The notes under the pieces are model-generated. The model was not told where the DNA came from. It saw only the letters and a program-made list of their open reading frames with translations, and searched no databases. The position numbers and the translations under genes were made by a program. Positions 51,345-63,889 of a DNA stretch of 64,000 nucleotides are shown here, piece after piece (within the stretch, counting starts at the first letter, position 1; every line of letters begins with the position of its first letter). The stretch lies in contig NC_042999.1 in assembly GCF_006345805.1 (NCBI RefSeq), positions 164,548,001-164,612,000 on the forward strand, in the 5' to 3' direction. The DNA is from Octopus sinensis. Taxonomy: Eukaryota.

Positions 51345-51678
51345 TCGACTGGCTTCTGTGCCGGTGGCACATAAAAAGCACCATCCGAACGTGGCTGATG
51401 CCAGCGCTGCCTTGGCTGGCTTCCGTGCCGGTGACACGTTAAAAGCACCAACCGATCGTGGCCGATGCCAGACCCCCCTGGCACCTGTGCAGGTGGCACA
51501 TAAAAAGCACCCACTACACTCGCGGAGTGGTTGGCGTTAGGAAGGGCATCCAGCTGTAGAAACACTGCCAGATCAGACTGGAGCCTGGTGCAGCCCCTGG
51601 CTTCCCAGACCCCAGTCGAACCGTCCAACCCGTGCTAGCATGGAAAGCGGATGTTAAACAACGATGATGATGGTGATG
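51345..51678 (+). mobile_element. SINE/RTE 3' end, family A, with 3 internal units
   Basis: ggtggcacataaaaagcacc-type core x3, then the family-A terminus and a (GAT)n tail. Confidence 0.88.
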
Positions 51679-52114
51679 TACATATATGTATGTATATCTT
51701 GAAATAAACAGTATGTAGTGATACTGATTGTGAATATCAGTAACATGGCTAAGAGGAAAATATCTCAGAGGGTTATTCTGTATATGAAATACATAATGCA
51801 ATAGGATCTCATATATGTAATATAGATATTTGAAAATGTTCAGAACATATAAGTTCCTTAGCAAGTGAACATGAAGCTTTCTGATGTAAAACAGTTAAAC
51901 ATACTTTGTGTTGGTCATTCAAAATAAGAAAAAGATACTGGCTTTGTCAGTTGCTTTGATGACGAATTCAGTAAGTCAAGCATCTTGTTGTTTCGTATGT
52001 CTACCATTTTTGGATGTCAATAGCATTGTATGAAAATCTAAAGGCATTATCAATATTGCATTTTATTGGATATAATTTCTTGGAAAGCAAGGAAGAATTT
52101 CTCCATGTAATATT

Positions 52115-52330
52115 GGTTTTAAATTTTGGCAAAAGGCCAGCAAGTTCAGAGCAAGGGTGTAAGTTGATTACATTGGCTGCAGTGTTCAACTGGTACTTAT
52201 TTTATCAAACCTGAGAGAATGGAAAGCAAAGTCAACCTTGGCTATAATTGAACTCAAAATGTAACGGTGGACGAACTAAGCATTTTGCTTGGCATGCTTG
52301 CTAACAATTCTACCACCAGCTCATTGCCTT
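52115..52330 (-). mobile_element. tRNA-derived SINE family C
   Basis: Reverse complement of the 11028-type sequence. Confidence 0.75.
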
Positions 52331-53563
52331 ATTTCTCCATGTAAAATTAACAGTATTATGCACTCCATGCCTGTCAGAAAAAAAAAAGTGTATTTTTTTT
52401 TTATAACCATCTACTTCACCAATCTGTGTATCATCAGAACAACACAATTGTTTTTCCCCTCATAATAGCCTCTATCATCACCTTTGAAACAACTGACATC
52501 ATAATCATCTTATCTAGTATGAACACCACCATTGTAAAAAAAAAAATTACCAAGCTATAATGATCACCATAGCATTAATCACCATCACTACCACAACTAG
52601 CATCTCTAACACCCCTACCACCAACTAACTACCACCACCTCTACTATAACTTCTGTAACAACAATTTTCACTAGAACCAATACATCATTCACCATCGTAA
52701 CTATGGCTAGAACCATCACCATAGTTGCAATTGCTCTCATAACAATTATAAATATTATTGTTATCCCTACATATTCAGTAAAGCTAATAAATTTGCTACA
52801 CTTAATTAGAATACAACAACAACAACAACAAAATGCAGCAGCAATAAACAACAACAAAAGCAACAACTACTACTATCTCTACTACTGTAACCAAGATGAT
52901 GATATTATTGACTGCAATAACAGTAATGAAAATAACAACAAGCTAGCCTTATTATTGTGGTATTTATTATTACTGTTTTTGATTTTGTTAACAGCAGAGT
53001 AATGTGATGGCATTAAAGATTTTTGTTCAAGAAAAAAATACAAAAGAAAAGGAAAGAAATCTAAATAAAAAAAATTAAGATAATAAAATATAAAAACATC
53101 TCCAGGAAAAATAAACAATAACCCCAATATAATTCTTTATTTAATAATCATTATATTAACTGTAAATACGTGATAAATGTCCAAACATTATTAGTTCCAG
53201 AAGATTGTCTTCCCCCCCAGCAACTCTCCTCCCTCCCTCACTTTTGCCTTGTCTGCTTCTTTTTTAATGGAGTTTCAGTTTGGCAGCAATGGCCAAACAC
53301 TCTTTTCCGACACATAGCAAGTTCGCTTACTCATTCAACCAAAACTCTTTCGAACAAATGAAGAGGTGTTGGTGAGAATGAAAAGATGCAGAGTCTCTAA
53401 TGGCATTTGTAGTATACCTGAGTAAGTTAAACCTGGCTCCCTCTCTCTCTCTCTGAATTCTCCCAGAAGCTGAACGGGTGAACGTATTTGCCTGAAGATC
53501 ACCAGGATACAGTTTTCAGTGTCCTTATGTTCATCAGGACACACACATTTGTATGTTTTAGGA

Positions 53564-53712
<149 letters not shown>

Positions 53713-53839
53713 AAAGAAGATTCCCAGTCAAGATCCTGAATAGCCTGAAGTAACTACCTGGAATTATTACCTGTATGGAACTGTCAAACTGTTAAGGGTG
53801 TGTATGTGTTTCTTGATATATGTGTGTGTGAGGGAGGTG

Positions 53840-54045
53840 GTAGTGGGCTGGCAGAATCGTTAACATGCTGGGCAAAATACTTAATGGTTCTTCACCTGTC
53901 TTTACATTTTGAGTTCAAATTCCAACAAGGTCAACTTTGGCTTCCTTTCTTTTGGTGTTGATAAAATATGTACTACTTGAATACTGGGGTAGATGTAATG
54001 GATTTAACTGCCACCCCAAAATTGTGCCAAAATTTGAAACCAATG
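53840..54045 (+). mobile_element. tRNA-derived SINE family C
   Basis: gctggcagaatcgttaacatgctgggcaaaatac..gagttcaaattc..gtgccaaaatttgaaaccaat. Confidence 0.82.
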
Positions 54046-54789
54046 TTTCTGTGTTTCTGTGTTGTGTCTATGTGTATGTGTGCATATGTGTCTATGGGTG
54101 GGTGCATGTATGTGTGTGTGTGTGTGTGCGTGCGTGTGTGTGTGTGCACATGCCTGCATATGTTTTCCTTTGATGTATTCGTGAAACCTGAAAGGACGAA
54201 ACCCATGACCATTCCAAGCCCCCTCAAACTAGTGAAGTTAATGTATTTAGTGTTCTTTTCAAATTTTTGTTGGTCAACTTTTTTTCTGTTTTACAAAAAC
54301 ATAAAAAGAAGAAATTCTGGGGGGGCTGCTTTGCTAGAAAAGAATCTCTGAGGTGTGTGAGATGAAGTGATAAGGCTGCCCCATCTATCCAGCAGACCAA
54401 ATTATTATCTTTAGTGCATCTGGAAAGATGAAGCATTTAACTTGCTAGTTCGAAAGAGCACAGGCTATTGTAAATGCAGAAGAGGTAAAGAAAGGAAGCA
54501 GCACACCTGTGAGGTAACAGAGTGTGAACGGATCATTGCTAATCAGTCAAATGACTTTTTTGATGCAGTCTTCGATGTTAGTGTGTAGCAGCAGCAGCAG
54601 CATCTCATAGATGTGTTCTGTATTTTAATGTAAATCTTACTTGAGCTTTGTAGATGTCAGTAACTGATCAGAACTGAAATATTTAATTATCTCATTACTA
54701 TGCCACAACTCACATAGTGCATATTGTACACAATTACCTCCTAAATATGTCATTAATTATCCGTGATGAACTTATAATTCTTTTCTCCT

Positions 54790-55000
54790 ACCATTCATTG
54801 GAAAATTAATTGTGTATGCATCAGTAAACATGATCTCCCACAGGTCACTTCACTTTGAACTTTGAACTTTGAACTTGCCGGCCATAGTTAACATAATAAC
54901 AATGGCAATTGAAGTTTTAAGTTCAAACTTTCATTGAAGTGACCAGAGGGAGATCACATCTTGTGATTTGTAAGCAAACAATTTTCCAACCATAAGAATG
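54790..55000. repeat. Old fold-back (MITE-like) element
   Basis: tgatctcccacaggtcacttca (54831-52) pairs with tgaagtgaccagagggagatca (54935-56) at 20/22. Further arms are ttggaaaatt/aattttccaa and tttgaactt/aagttcaaa. Confidence 0.75.
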
Positions 55001-55195
55001 ATTGTATAACTAAAGGGTTCACCTTTAGCACAATATACAGTCACAGTCTATATTCTATACCAATATCTCCCAGATTTACAACACAGCTTACACAACACAT
55101 ATTCTTCACAATCACCTTCCAAGTACTATGACAAAAGATACAAAACAAATAAGAGTAAAATAAAAGAATGGAAAAAAATTTTAAATTACTACCAT

Positions 55196-55396
55196 TACTC
55201 TTTTACTTGTTTCAGTCATTTGACTGTGGCCATGCTGGAGCACTGCCTTTAGTCGAGCAAATTGACCCCAGGACTTATTCTTTGGAAGCCTAGTACTTAT
55301 TCTATCGGTCTCTTTTGCCAAACTGCTATGTTACGCAGACGTAAACACACCAGCATCAGTTTTCAAGCAATGTTGGGGGGACAGACACAGACACAG

Positions 55397-55432
<36 letters not shown>
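55196..55432 (-). mobile_element. tRNA-derived SINE family B, 3' half
   Basis: Near-identical to 35885-36090. Confidence 0.88.
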
Positions 55433-55434
<2 letters not shown>

Positions 55435-55489
55435 GCAGTGAAAAGTCTAGATGAAACTACAAAAAAAGAAAAAAACCCTCAAAATAACA

Positions 55490-56840
55490 TTGGTTTCAAA
55501 TTTTGGCACAAGCAAAATCAATCTTGACGGAATTTGAACTCAGAACATAAAAATGGATGAAATACCGCTAAGCATGCTAACAATTCTGCTTACTTGCTGT
55601 GTTAATCTCCAACATAATACTGATTCCAAATTTTGGCACAAGACCATCAATTTCGAGGGAGGATGTGCTCAACTGGTACTTATTTTATTGACCACGAAAG
55701 GATGAAAAGCAAAGTTGACCTCAGCAGAATTTGAATTCACAATATAAAGATGGAGGAAATGCTGCTTCCTGCCTTAAACTTCAAAATAATATTAATAATA
55801 ATTTCAAACACAATCAGAAATTTATGTGGAGGGGTACTGGTGATCATATCAATTGCAGTACTTCACTGGTAATTTATTTATCACCCATGGAAGAATGAAT
55901 GGTAAGGGTGACTGTAACAAGATTTGAACTAAGAATGCAACAGCCAGGACAAATACCTCAAAGCATTCTGCTTTAATTATTCTGGTCATTAGTGATCTGT
56001 CTGATCTCATGTCTTGGTAGTACCCCACAATCAGCAACGACGACAACAACAACAACAGCAGCAGCAGCAGAAGCAGCAACATGATTTTCCATGCATAAAT
56101 AAGTGGTATGACCACATTCCACAGGCCTTAGTTGAGAATAAGTGAGTGGGTGAAGTTCATGTGAGACACGACCATTTTTACATACAAGCATGTGGAACAT
56201 AAATGCCCTGATATTACTGTTGTGTACAAATACACACATACTGCTGACTGGAATGTTGAAATCACTAAAAGAATGAAGGCAGTCAAATACTAGGACTTGT
56301 TGAGCAACAGTCAAGTATCCCTTTTTTTTTTATCAGTGCACTCAAAGCAATTTCAAAGAATCTGAGATCTTATGTAGAGCAGATATATTAGGGAGTGCAC
56401 AAATGGTTGTGGTGCTTGGAACAACTCATTCCTAAGAAAGGTGGTGCGCTATGAGTAGGAGCTGAAACATAATTACACACAACTCACTTGTAAAAGATCT
56501 AAGTGTTGGAGAATGACAACAACAACAACAATAATAATAATAATAATCTTTTCTACTATAGGCACATGGCCTAAAATCTGGGAGCAGGGGATAGTTGATT
56601 ACATCGACCCCAATACTCATCTAGGAATTACTGTATTGACCCCGAAAGGATGAGAGGCAAAGTCAACCTCAGCGGAATTTGAATTTAGCATGTGAAAACA
56701 GATGAAATACCGCTAAGCACTTCACCCGGTATGCTAACAGTTCTTCAAGCTCACTGCCTTAATATTGACTGGTACTTGATTTATCAACCCTGAAAGGATG
56801 AAAGGCAAAGTTGACCTCAATGGAATTTGAACTCAACAAT
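55490..56840 (-). mobile_element. Cluster of 4-5 family-C SINE copies or fragments, interrupted by an RLE-LINE fragment
   Basis: Repeated ttttggcacaag, gaaaggatgaaa(g)gcaaagttgacc and gaatttgaac motifs. Confidence 0.75.
56090..56450 (+). mobile_element. RLE-type (R4/Dong-like) non-LTR retrotransposon C-terminal fragment
   Basis: KWYDHIPQALVENK..HKCPDITVVYK..DWNVEITKRMKAVKY*DL resembles KWYEH.P..V.EN..RPDI.V.DK..D.NI..KE.EK..KY.DL. Confidence 0.55.
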
Positions 56841-56889
56841 AATAATAACAATCATAACAAAAATACTAATAATATAGTAGAAATTTATA

Positions 56890-58158
56890 ACAGATAAGTT
56901 CATGGGCAAAATGAGAGTATGAGGTTGTCTATGAAAGGGTGATGCTAGAGCTATAAAATCTTACATGCATTAATTTCAACTCTTCTTATTTATTACTGCA
57001 TTGTTTCTTTCCAGGCAAACTGATATCTAAATGTTCAAAGAAGACTTCAAATGTAACAAACAGTGATTTCTCTTGAAATTGGACAAAATTTGACATTGTG
57101 ATGTTAACAAGTACTTGCAGAAACAAGCTTTAGCCCCTATGGATATTCATGCTGATGCACATACTACATTAGGGGATGATGCTCCAGCTTTATCAAGAGT
57201 ACAAACTGGGTAGCTGAATTTAGAAAGGTAAGGGAGAGCCTTGAAGATGACCCAAGATCTGGGTGTTCTGTAACTGTCACCACCAAGGAAAACATTGATC
57301 ATGTCACTGGATGACAGGTGATTGATTATAAATCAAATAGCCAATGCTGTTAGCATATCCTATTAGATAGATGAGAATATCCTGCACAATGAACTTAGCA
57401 TAATGAGGGTTTCTGCTTGATGGGTGTCACATCTTCTGACACTTGATCAAAAGTGCACCAGGCTGATCGCACCACAGGAAAATCTGACATTGTTTGAGGC
57501 AGATCCAGCTGGTTTCCTTGAGAATTTCCTAATCCTGTATGAGTGTTGGGTTCGTCACTTTGGGCCAGAGACAAAGAGACAATCCATGCAGTGGAAACAC
57601 CCCTCCTCACCTGCTCCAAAGAAGGCCAATGTTGTTTCATCTGCAGGGAAGGTGATGGCCTCTGCTTTTGGGATGCAAAAGGCATAGTGTTTATTGACTA
57701 TCTTCAAAAGAGCCACACATTCAATGGAGAGTACTATGCTAACTTGTTGAGGCAGTTATGAAAAGCTACCAAGACCAAATGCCCTGGAAAAGTGATCTTG
57801 TTTCATCAGGTCAATGCTTTAGCACACAGGGCCTTGCTTTCAATGGCTGCTGTTCATGACTGGCTTTGAACACCCTCTTCATTCTCCTGATTTGGCCTCA
57901 TCTAACTATCATCTGTTTCCCAACATGAAAAAACACTTGGCTGGGAACTGGTATCACAGTGATGATGACATCATATCTGCAACGTGACTTTTTTGACCAA
58001 CAAGAAGAAAGTTTTTCCCCAATGGAATTCAAGCACTGCAACACTGATGGGAGAAGTGTGTGGACTGCAAGGGGAACCATGTTGAAAAATAACTTTGTTT
58101 GGTCACATTCCACGAGAGTATCTTGATCATCCTATGAACTTTTCAGCTGACATTCATA
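56890..58158 (+). mobile_element. Defective mariner, irritans (Himar1-like) subfamily
   Basis: DAPALS..WVAEFR..LEDDPRSG, *WVSHLLT.DQK, SAGKVMAS and FWDAKGIVFIDYLQK..NGEYYANLLRQL, plus YSPDLASSNYHLF-like sequence. The right TIR reads tatgaatgtcagctgaaaagttcatagg on the minus strand; the left TIR is degraded. Confidence 0.88.
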
Positions 58159-58874
58159 CACCAAGTGACTTGGGAAGCCTAAATGTTTCTCTAAACACAA
58201 TGAACTATTTGGTAGAAGCTTCAGAACATTCTAGGGAAAATCAAATAAAAGTCCATTTATGGACTCTTCTTACATTTATTTATGATTTTTCTCTACAGAT
58301 TATATTTCAGATTATATTACATAAGCCTTAATGGCTTCTTTTTCACAGAAGTAGATTTTTATTTTATGGAGTTTCATATAACTGTGTTTCAAGCTACATT
58401 ATTAGAATTTTAGATGTACAGAAACACAGATGTCAGAAGGGTATAAGTCACTGTCATCACCATCATTGGGGCTCTGCCCCATCACCAATTCACCCATAAA
58501 ATAATTTCTGTGAAAAAGAACCCATCAAGGAAATAAATGTAAGAGTCCATAAATGGAGGTAAAATGGACACTCTAACAGTTTTTAACATGTGTATTATCA
58601 GTGACTCTCACGGTAGAAAATGAATGTAGCATTTGTTGTATACCACAGGAGTCACTGATGATACCTAAGTTAGCAGTTTATATAGAGAACTGGAACATGA
58701 CAATGGTTAAAGAAATTCAAAACTACATAATTTATTAAAAAAATTAGATCATGGTGTAAAAAAAAAAAAGAATATGGTAGAATGTGTTAAACAAGTGCAG
58801 AAGCAATAGTTCATTGTAGTCTCTTCTCTTATCAATTGTATCTACACACATGGTTAATATTCTGGCGTATTTTA

Positions 58875-59579
58875 TTGGGTTGGCAAGAAAGTAATTTCAG
58901 TTTTTTAGTGTGAAATAAAAGTCATCGTTTTCCATTGATCTTATTGTAGACAATCCATTTTTCATCACCAGTGATGATTCATTTCAAAAAAAGGTCAATT
59001 TTATTCCATTTGAGATGCATATTGCAAATATTGATTCGTTGTGTTAAGTGTATCTCTTTCAATTCATGTGGAACCAAAATATTGAGCTTCTTAACGAGTC
59101 CAAGACATTTTAAGTGATTTTCAATTGTTGTATGTGATACATTTAACTCTTGTACAGTCACATGGCAATCAGATTTAATTATAGCTTTGATTTGGTCACC
59201 ATCAACTTCAGTAGGTCAACCTACTCAACTTCAGTTGGTCATCTTTGAGTGAAAAATCTCCAGAACAGGATTTTTAAAACCATTTCTGACCATGTACGTT
59301 CTGTTAAGCAATCAACTCCATAAACTTCACATATCTCTTTGTGAGCCTCAGCAGCCTTCTTGCCTTTACAGAAGTAAAAAAGCAAAATATGGTGAAAATG
59401 TTCGTTTTTGCACTCCATGTTAAAATTGACGCTGTAAAACTAACAGCTGTAAACGAAATTACGTGCATTTTGCTTCTAAAGTAAGCTAAAAGTAATGGCT
59501 ATCAAATGTCAAAAGAAAAAAATCATAACATTGACAAAAGTCATTCAAAAAAATCGTAATTACTTTCTTGCCAACCTAT
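58875..59579 (-). mobile_element. Internally deleted mariner (~705 bp)
   Basis: TIRs ttgggttggcaagaaagtaatt / aattactttcttgccaacc with TA flanks. The minus ORF includes LVPHELKEIHLTQRINIC. Confidence 0.88.
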
Positions 59580-60010
59580 TATAAGATGAACTTTACAGTG
59601 AGATATATTGTCAGTGCTCAATAGTGTTTTGTATTACTGTTACAACCAGTGATAAAAATGGAACAGACTTTCTCTACTTCTCAGCTGATAGCAGGTAAAG
59701 GAGGATTCTTCAAGCATCTAACACCTCACCATTCTAACCCCAGTCTCAATGACCATGGTCAACCTCTAGCTCCTAAAACTCACTTCCATCATTAATTATA
59801 TCTACATGTAATCAATGCTTGAACATAGTTTGCAATGTTAATAACTACATTTACGTACATGGTTAGCATTTGACTATGTTATACAACTATTACATTTACG
59901 TGATGATTATTTTAATGTATTTTGCTTTACAAAGTATTACATATGCATTTGTGGTCAGCATTCAAATATATGTAATACAACTATCTACAGTAGTTGTACA
60001 TGTGATTATT

Positions 60011-60395
60011 GGAGGCGCAATGGCCCAGTGGTTAGGGCAGCGGACTCGCGGTCATAGGATCGCGGTTTCGATTCCCAGACCAGGCATTGTGAGTGTTTAT
60101 TGAGCGAAAACACTTAAAGCTCCACGAGGCTCCGGCAGGGGATGGTGGTGATCCCTGCTGTACTCTTTCACCACAACTTTCTCTCACTCTTACTTCCTGT
60201 TTCTGTTGTACCTGTATTTCAAAGGGCCGGCCTTGTCACTCTCTGTGTCACGCTGAATATCCCCGAGAACTATGTTAAGGGTACACGTGTCTGTGGAGTG
60301 CTCAGCCACTTACACGTTAATTTCACGAGCAGGCTGTTCCGTTGATCGGATCAACCGGAACCCTCGTCATTGTAACCGACGGAGTGCTTCCACAT
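60011..60395 (+). mobile_element. tRNA(Arg)-derived SINE family D, full length, with TSD
   Basis: Head ggaggcgcaatggcccagtgg (A box)..gactcgcggtc (TCG anticodon-like loop)..ggtttcgattccc (B box). 11-bp TSD atgtgattatt at 60000-60010 and 60396-60406. Confidence 0.88.
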
Positions 60396-60782
60396 ATGTG
60401 ATTATTATTCAATTGTTTTTTATTACTAACCATTATATCTAAATATGCTCGATATTGTATTGCAGTAGCTGTAGCTAAGTATTAACAATGGCAGTACAAA
60501 ACACATACAGATACATTGGTAATATATCTACATGGCAAAATCTGATTATTTTATTTTTACAATTTTACTTACTATTGTAATTACCAGTACTAACAGTTAT
60601 TAAAGCCATCAACATCTGTAAAAATCTGTGTTGCGATATGATGAAGTGATTGTATCATTATGTACTTGTATCATGAAGTTTCTCAAAAAGATTTATTTTC
60701 AAACCTATCAATGCTTCAAAGATATGATTCAAAATAATCTTTCTACTGTATTTTGCTTTTTTTTTTTCATGACTGTGATCCA

Positions 60783-61137
60783 GGAGTGGCCGTGTGGTAA
60801 GTACCTTGCTTACCAACCACATGGTTCCGGGTTCAGTCCCACTGCGTGGCACCTTGGGCAAGTGTCTTCTACTATAGCCTCGGGCTCACCAAAGCCTTGA
60901 GAATGGATTTGATAGACGGTATATATGTATTTATATATGTATATGTTTTTGTCCCCACAACATTGCTTGACAACCGATGCTGGTGTGTTTACGTCCCCGT
61001 AACTTAGCGGTCCAGCAAAAGAGACCAATAGAATAAGTACTAGACTCACAAAGAATAAGTCCTGTGGATAGTTTGCTTGACTAAAGGCAGTGCTCCAGCA
61101 TGGCTTCAATCAAATGATTGAAACAAGTAAAAGAATA
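60783..61137 (+). mobile_element. tRNA-derived SINE family B, full length
   Basis: ggagtggccgtgtggtaag..gggttcagtccc..ccttgggcaagtgtctt..aaacaagtaaaagaata. Confidence 0.92.
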
Positions 61138-61606
61138 ACTTACTTAATTTTTATATAACCCAAATTATGTGACACTTGAATAGAAGTAGGCCACATATTA
61201 GGTTTCTTTTCAATCTTTTATAATATCTGAGCAATTTTTCTTGATATCTTTGTTAGCCTAGGCAGACAAATATCAGGGTATCGAAGCCACCTACCTATCA
61301 CATATCGGATTTGTAATTTTCATATATATTTAGATAATATAATTCTATTTTTACTGCAACTAGACAGCAGAACTAAGTTGGTCAATCATTACTTCATGAT
61401 TACTTCAATTATTATGCACAGCTAACAAAACTGTTATGCAAGTTCTCTTGAACTTTGTCTATAGTTTGAAGTTGGGAGAAACACCACTTATTGTATATAT
61501 TCACTTCCACATTCTGTAATCTAACAGTATGAATGAAATAGGATTTGTATTACATAGTAAGCCCTCGGGTGATAAAGAACTATTGTTAAAGACATTATCA
61601 GGCACA

Positions 61607-61810
61607 AGTGTAGTTGTGTGGTAAGAAGTTGATGTCCCAACTACATGGTCTTGGGTTCAGTCCCCTTGCATAGCACCTTGGGTAAGTGTCTTCAACTATA
61701 GCTCCAAGTTGACCAAAGCCTTGAATGTGAATTTGGTAGAGCGAAACTGAAAGAAACCTGTTGTACATGTGTGTGTGTGTGTGTTACTGTCTCCTTGCTT
61801 TGACTTCATG
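61607..61810 (+). mobile_element. tRNA-derived SINE family B, 5' half, diverged
   Basis: gtgtggtaag..gggttcagtcccc..ccttgggtaagtgtctt. Confidence 0.75.
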
Positions 61811-62044
61811 TGATAGTAATAAATGAATGTAACATTCAGGTAACTAAGATCTTTTGTTTCCAATCTTCCTTGAAAACATGCTTGGAAAACATTACTTGGA
61901 AACAGGTGAGGGATGGGAACAAGTGCATCTGGCAGTACAAATTCTGTTCGTTTCATGCAAACATGGGATAGAGTATATCCGAATGAATATTATTATTATT
62001 ACTATTATTATTTTTATTATTATCATTATCATTATTATTATGAC

Positions 62045-63335
62045 ATTGAGCTGGCAGAATCATTAGCACATTGAACAAAATGTGGCATTTTATTTGGCTC
62101 TTTATGTTCACGGTTGAAATTCTGCTGAGACTTATTCTACCTCTCATCTTGAATACCTGTTGAGCACAAAATTTCATGCATTGTGCCTATTCTGTAAATG
62201 ATCATTACAATCATTATATCATTATTAAGGTGGCAAGCTGACACAATCATTAGCATGCCATGCAAGATGCATTGTGACCTTCCTTATATTCTGAGTTCAA
62301 ATTCTGCTGAGGTTGACTTTGCATTTCATCCTTTTGGGGTCAATAAAATAAATACCAGTTACGCACTGGGGTCAATGTAAATGACTATCCCCCACCTCCA
62401 AAATTTCAGGCTTTGTGCCTATAGTAGAAAAGATTATTATTATTATTGTATGTGAGCCCTTGTGGCTAATAAAAGAATGAATTATTATTATCATCATCAT
62501 CATTATCAATGTGATAGTGGTAGATGGGCAGGACCTTTAGAGTTTGGAAAAAACTCCTTTTTTCAGTTTTTTATATTCTGCCAAGGTCAACAGTCTGAAT
62601 TTCATCTCTCCAGTATCAATAAAAATAAAGTACCAGTCGCATACTGGAGTTGATAGTATGGACAACTCACCCTCCTCACAAAATTACTGGCCTAGGGCTA
62701 CAAATCAGAAATTATTATTCCTATTGTTATTATTATGAGAGCACTGACCTGGAAGAATCATTAGCAGCATTTTGCCCATCTTTATGTTCTGAGGGTAGAT
62801 GAAGTAAGAACTAGTTGAGTACTTATTTCATCTCATAATTGCACAAGGCGACAAGCTGGCAGAACTATTAGCATGCTGGGCAAAATGCTTAGAAGCATTT
62901 CGTCCAGCAATTTAGGGAAGGGGGGATAACTTGATTACATTGACCCCAGTGTTCAAATAGTACTTATTTTATTGACCCTGAAAGGATGAAAGGCAAAGTG
63001 GAATTTGAACTTAGAACATAAAGACGGATGAAATACCACTAAACATTTTGCCTGGCATACTAATGACTCTGTCAGCTCATCACCTTAATAATTAGAATAA
63101 TAATAATAATAATAAATAATGGTTTCAAAATTTTGCCACAAGGGCAGCAATTTTGGGGGAGAGGATGAGTTGATTACATTGATCCCAGTGTTCAACTGGT
63201 ACTAATTTTATCAACTCCAAAAGCATGAAAAGGAAAGTCGACCTCAGCAGAATTTGAACTCAGAACTTGAAGACAGATGAAATGCTGCTAAGCATTTTGC
63301 CTAGCATACTAATGATTCTGTCAGCTCATCACCTT
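62045..63335. mobile_element. Pile-up of ~7 family-C SINE copies or fragments: plus-oriented to ~62905, minus-oriented ~62910-63335
   Basis: ggcagaa(t/c)(c/t)attagc heads on + at ~62052, 62240, 62750 and 62858. Reverse copies at ~62910-63085 and 63120-63335. Confidence 0.8.
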
Positions 63336-63344
63336 AATAATATT

Positions 63345-63595
63345 AGCAAGAATAATATCTCATCAAAAAAGAATTTGACAAGCTCAGAATATACAATGAT
63401 CTGCTTATTGAAATCAGAAAAAAGATGGCATCTCAAGATGCTTACAATACCAATGATTGTAGGAGCATTTGGAATGATCAAACAAGGAGCTTGAAAATTA
63501 TTTGAGAATGATCCCTTGCTTACCATCCATGCAAGAAGTGCAAAACATTGTTTTAACTGGTATGTCACATATATTGAAAAGAGCATTGTCGCTGT
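63345..63595 (+). mobile_element. RLE-type (R4/Dong-like) non-LTR retrotransposon 3' fragment
   Basis: NIS.KEFDKL..YNDLLIEI..MWHLK..IPMIVGAFGMIKQG..YLRMIP..PSMQEVQNIVLTGMSHILKRAL, the typical RLE-clade C-terminus. Confidence 0.65.
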
Positions 63596-63820
63596 GAATT
63601 TTCTTTCCTTTTTCCCCCTTTATTTTCTTGTTTTTCATTATTTTCTATTTTTTCTTTTCTCTTTCTTTCTTTTTTCCTTTTTTTTCTATCACATATCTTG
63701 ACTTTGTAGATGAACAATTGGGTGTGTTTATTTTAATAGCCTACCCATGTATACAGTGAATTTCTTTGCTCTAAGTGTTGATAAGACACTCGGCAAAAAA
63801 AAAATGGTAACAAAATTGAA

Positions 63821-63825
<5 letters not shown>

Positions 63826-63872
<47 letters not shown>

Positions 63873-63886
63873 CAACAATAATAATA
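63826..63886. repeat. (AAT)n/(AAC)n microsatellite
   Basis: Read directly from the sequence. Confidence 0.95.
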
Positions 63887-63889
63887 AAT

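Noticed and set aside
60011-60085. tRNA-Arg gene
   Set aside because: The acceptor stem is not formed and the sequence continues into a ~310-bp body with a TSD, so it is a SINE head.
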